Assembly: GCA_959601495.1 (NCBI GenBank)
Contig: CAUGPT010000003.1
Span: forward strand, 2,222-66,221
Length of the DNA stretch: 64,000 bases
From: an uncultured Eubacteriales bacterium
Lineage (GTDB): Bacteria; Bacillota; Clostridia; Oscillospirales; CAG-272
Direction: 5' to 3'
Positions 60,801 through 64,000 of the stretch are shown here, piece by piece. Under the pieces are notes generated by a model. That model did no database searches and had not been told where the DNA came from. It saw only the letters and a program-made list of their open reading frames with translations. A program made the translations under genes and the position numbers. Each line of letters begins with the position of its first letter. The stretch's first letter is position 1.

Positions 60801-62558
60801 ATGAAGAAAAACAAAAGCCTGCTCGGGCGATTTATGAAATATTACAGACCGCACAAGGTACTGTTCACCTTTGATATGCTGGCATCCTTTGCGGTTTCGG
60901 CAATAGGCATTTTCTATCCCATGGTCACCCGCACGATGATAGGCGAGTTCACCTCCGGCAGCAGAAATATGCGCTACATAGTTACGGCAGGAACTGCGCT
61001 TTTGCTGCTTTACGTCATACGCATGCTGCTGAACTACTTCATCCAGTACCAGGGGCACATGATGGGCGTTAAAATGCAGGCGCAGATGCGCCGCGATATG
61101 TTTGAGCATCTGCAGCGCCTGCCGTACAGCTTTTTCGACAGTCACGAAACGGGCAAGATCATGTCCCGCATGACAAACGACCTTATGGATATAAGCGAGC
61201 TTGCACATCACGGACCGGAGAATATAATCATATCCACCATATCCGTGGCGGTATCGTTCGTATATCTCGCGACCATCGACTGGCGCCTGACGCTTATAAT
61301 TTTCGCCTGCGTGCCCGTTTTGTTTGCCATCTCCCTTATGCTGCGCACGAAAATGCGCAACGCTTTCAGAAAAAGCCGCGAAGCAACGGCGGTCATAAAC
61401 GCCTCTCTTGAGAGCAGCATATCGGGTATACGCGTTACAAAGGCTTTTACAAACGACAAAACGGAAAAAGAAAAATTCGAGGTGGGCAACCTTGAGTTTG
61501 TGGAGGCGCGGCGCGAAGCGTACGACTCCATGGGCAAATTCCATTCGTCAACATCCTTTGTCACAAACGTTTTCAACGTTGTGGTGCTTATAGCGGGCGG
61601 TCTGTTTCTCTACGCGGGGCAGATAACCGTTGCTGACTATTCGGCGTTTATCGTGTCCGTCAGCCTGTTCCTTACTCCCATAACGACGCTTATCGGCTTT
61701 ATGGAGCAGTACCAGAACGGCGTTACCGGCTTTCAGCGCTTTACCGAGATCATGGATACCGAGCCCGAAAAGGACACGGATGGTGCCGTCGACATCGGCC
61801 GCCCCGAGGGGCATATAGAATTTCGCGGCGTTTCCTACGGCTACGGTGACTCTCACGACGTTCTGCATAATGTTGATCTTGACATCCCGGTCGGCAAAAC
61901 ATTCGCACTTGTCGGTCCGAGCGGCGGCGGCAAAACCACCATATGCCATCTCATTCCGCGGTTCTACGATGTTGCCGACGGAGAGATACTTCTTGACGGA
62001 ATGAATATCAAAAACATAACGCTTTCGTCGCTCAGGCGCAGCATAGGAATAGTGCAGCAGGACATCTATCTGTTCAACGCCTCGGTGCGCGACAACATAC
62101 TGTACGGCAGACCGGACGCGACCGACAAGGAAGTCGTTGAGGCAGCAAAACGCGCAAACATCCATGACTATATAACCGAGCTTGACGAGGGCTACGATAC
62201 CGTTATCGGCGAGCGCGGAGTAAAGCTCTCCGGCGGGCAGAAGCAGCGTCTTTCCATCGCGAGGGTATTTCTTAAAAATCCGCCCGTGCTCATACTGGAC
62301 GAAGCCACAAGCGCCCTTGACAACGCGACCGAGATCCTCATACAGTCGGCACTGGACGAGCTCTGCCGCGGCAGGACCACAATAGTCGTGGCTCACCGTC
62401 TGTCTACAATTAAAAACGCGGATGAGATCGCAGTTGTGGAGGACGGACGCATTACGGAGCGCGGCACGCACAAAGAGCTTCTGGCGCTCGGCGGAATGTA
62501 CGCAATGCTGTACAACCAGCAGTTCCGCGCCGAAGATACGGAAGCCGCGGCGCAGTAA
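60801..62558 (+). CDS. ABC transporter ATP-binding/permease fusion (MsbA-like exporter)
   Basis: N-terminal 6-TM domain, Walker A GPSGGGKTT, signature LSGGQKQR, Walker B ILDEATSALD. Confidence 0.9.
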   Translation: MKKNKSLLGRFMKYYRPHKVLFTFDMLASFAVSAIGIFYPMVTRTMIGEFTSGSRNMRYIVTAGTALLLLYVIRMLLNYFIQYQGHMMGVKMQAQMRRDMFEHLQRLPYSFFDSHETGKIMSRMTNDLMDISELAHHGPENIIISTISVAVSFVYLATIDWRLTLIIFACVPVLFAISLMLRTKMRNAFRKSREATAVINASLESSISGIRVTKAFTNDKTEKEKFEVGNLEFVEARREAYDSMGKFHSSTSFVTNVFNVVVLIAGGLFLYAGQITVADYSAFIVSVSLFLTPITTLIGFMEQYQNGVTGFQRFTEIMDTEPEKDTDGAVDIGRPEGHIEFRGVSYGYGDSHDVLHNVDLDIPVGKTFALVGPSGGGKTTICHLIPRFYDVADGEILLDGMNIKNITLSSLRRSIGIVQQDIYLFNASVRDNILYGRPDATDKEVVEAAKRANIHDYITELDEGYDTVIGERGVKLSGGQKQRLSIARVFLKNPPVLILDEATSALDNATEILIQSALDELCRGRTTIVVAHRLSTIKNADEIAVVEDGRITERGTHKELLALGGMYAMLYNQQFRAEDTEAAAQ

Positions 62559-62602
62559 TATAAAAAACAATAAAAAATCAATACAGAAACGGGGAAAAAC
62601 AC

Positions 62603-63799
62603 ATGAATGCAGTAATTTTCGGCGCCGGCAATATCGGCAGAGGCTTTATAGGAGCGCTGTTTTCGCAGGCAGGATACAACGTTACGTTTATTGACGTTTC
62701 GGCGCCTGTGGTCGAACGGCTGAACCGCGACCGCTGCTATCCTCTCCACATTGTGGGCGGCAAAGAAGAAAAGATCATTACCATAGACAAGGTCTGCGCC
62801 GTTGACGGCAACGACCGTGACGCCGCAGTCGAAGCGCTGAAAGCTGCCGACATAGCCGCGACCTGCGTGGGCGCAAAGGCTATAAAGTACATAATTCCCA
62901 ATCTCAGCGCGGGCATCAAGGCAAGGTACGCCGCAGGCATAAAGCCGCTGAACCTGCTTATCTGCGAAAATCTTATGGACGCGGATAAATACATACACGA
63001 CGAGCTGCTCGCCCCCGTGCTCAGTGCCGAGGAGCTTGAGCAGATAGGTCTCGTTGAGACCTCCGTGGGCAGAATGGTGCCCGTACCGAAGCCGCCTAAG
63101 GAAGGCGAAAATCCGCTGAAGATCGCCGTCGAGGAATACGGCGTTCTGCCCATGGACAAGGCGGCGTTCAAGGGAGAAGTTCCCGAGATCAAAAACGTTG
63201 TTCCCTTTGCTCCGTTCCACTACTATATAGAGCGCAAGCTGTTCATACACAACATGGGTCACGCCATATGCGCCTATCTCGGCGACATACTGGGTCATGA
63301 ATACATATGCGACAGCATAGCGGAGCCCACCGTCAGACTTTTCGTGCACAACGCGATGCTCGAAAGCTGCGCAGCGCTTTCCGCAAAGTACTCAACACCC
63401 ATAAAGCCCCTGCTCGACCACGCCTGCGACCTTATCCGCCGCTTCGGTAACAGAGCGCTGGGCGATACCTGCGCCCGCGTGGGCGGCGACATTCCCCGCA
63501 AGCTTTCCGCAAGCGACAGACTCACGGGAGCTTGCAAAAACGTTATTGAGACCGGCAGTTTTCCCGTATACATCTGCACGGGCAGCGCGGCGGCTCTCCA
63601 CTGCTATATAACCGAAAATTCCCTTGACGCGGAAAATGCCTGCGAGATACTCACAGGTCTCACGGGACTTGCGAATGACGATCCCGTAACCGTATGCACT
63701 CTTGAGATGTACGCTCATTTTGCCCGCGGCGAGGCGCTTTCAGATATACTTACCGCAGCGGACGAAAAGCTGCACGAAAAGCTCGGCATGATAGTCTGA
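62603..63799 (+). CDS. mtlD: mannitol-1-phosphate 5-dehydrogenase-like (mannitol dehydrogenase family)
   Basis: MNAVIFGAGNIGRGFIG...ICENL...ERKLFIHNMGHAICAYLG...PRKLSASDRL is collinear with E. coli MtlD motifs as I recall them. Confidence 0.7.
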   Translation: MNAVIFGAGNIGRGFIGALFSQAGYNVTFIDVSAPVVERLNRDRCYPLHIVGGKEEKIITIDKVCAVDGNDRDAAVEALKAADIAATCVGAKAIKYIIPNLSAGIKARYAAGIKPLNLLICENLMDADKYIHDELLAPVLSAEELEQIGLVETSVGRMVPVPKPPKEGENPLKIAVEEYGVLPMDKAAFKGEVPEIKNVVPFAPFHYYIERKLFIHNMGHAICAYLGDILGHEYICDSIAEPTVRLFVHNAMLESCAALSAKYSTPIKPLLDHACDLIRRFGNRALGDTCARVGGDIPRKLSASDRLTGACKNVIETGSFPVYICTGSAAALHCYITENSLDAENACEILTGLTGLANDDPVTVCTLEMYAHFARGEALSDILTAADEKLHEKLGMIV

Positions 63800-63826
63800 C
63801 AAATATCGGAACCTTTTTCAAAACCT

Positions 63827-63856
63827 GATCGGGGCGCCGTCGGCGCCCCGATCTTT
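63827..63856 (+). terminator. rho-independent terminator
   Basis: GATCGGGGCGCC-GT-CGGCGCCCCGATC-TTT. Confidence 0.7.
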
Positions 63857-63927
63857 ATGTATGCGGGCTTCGTTTTTTGCTTACCGAATACAAGGCGCCC
63901 AAAGCAGCAGACCTTTTCGTGCCGTCG

Positions 63928-63990
63928 CGGGGCGGCGGCATGGTCTTCTTGCGTCGCGGCAGGACGGCGGCATGATTTTCTTGCCGCGGG
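63928..63990. repeat. tandem ~32-nt GC-rich repeat (at least 2 copies, cut by window end)
   Basis: CGGGGCGGCGGCATGGTCTTCTTGCGTCGCGG followed by CAGGACGGCGGCATGATTTTCTTGCCGCGGG. Confidence 0.55.
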
Positions 63991-64000
63991 TTCGGTCTCT

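Noticed and set aside
60678-63349. Minus-strand ORFs 60678-61544, 61548-62570 and 62393-63349
   Set aside because: They are antisense shadows of the ABC exporter and the mtlD-like gene.

Overview
This is a 64 kb chromosomal window from a high-GC, spore-forming Firmicute. spoVT, a YaaH/SleL-like LysM-GH18 hydrolase, T-box leaders and a PyrR attenuator point to Clostridia, possibly Oscillospiraceae-like, but that taxonomic call is inference. Coding density is high. Most long antisense ORFs in the track are GC-driven shadows. The housekeeping content is listed below.
- tRNA modification and sugar metabolism: rpiB, tsaB, tsaE, tRNA-Arg(CCG)
- Transport: a GldG/DUF4340-type ABC-2 transporter operon, a MsbA-like ABC exporter
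- Cell shape and wall: mreB, asnB, murE
- Other metabolism and regulation: glycerate kinase, TetR, nrdD, trxB, pyrR-pyrP, mtlD-like

The most interesting region is 19.5-34.2 kb, all on the minus strand. Three T-box leaders, each behind a near-consensus sigma-A promoter, gate the following genes:
- a LeuA-like protein whose catalytic motifs look degenerate
- a TIM-barrel::acyl-CoA-ligase fusion
- two paralogous HTH-cupin::acyl-CoA-ligase fusions
- an 8-gene operon that continues through a C-N hydrolase, IlvE, a P-loop ATPase and a four-subunit 2-oxoacid:ferredoxin oxidoreductase

I interpret this, by inference, as an amino-acid-starvation-induced route that makes branched-chain amino acids from branched short-chain fatty acids by reductive carboxylation.

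Other notable loci:
- a compositionally mixed islet (16.9-19.3 kb) with a WYL-domain gene and two unknown genes; two of the three carry homopolymer frameshifts
- a tandem cluster of five zinc-ribbon genes ending in a PASTA + 2xLtp protein
- an orphan oadB-oadG pair behind a riboswitch-like terminator/antiterminator leader
- an AsnB / ATP-grasp / Asp-racemase / MurE (DNPD) cluster that suggests a Lys-D-Asx peptidoglycan cross-bridge
- NrdD with a C-terminal glutaredoxin-like domain next to TrxB, behind NrdR boxes
- a 239-bp structured element bounded by near-identical 19-nt palindromes
- several families of GC-rich short repeats

I saw no CRISPR array, rRNA gene, integrase or transposase. All homology statements come from recognising motifs by eye. 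No database search was run.
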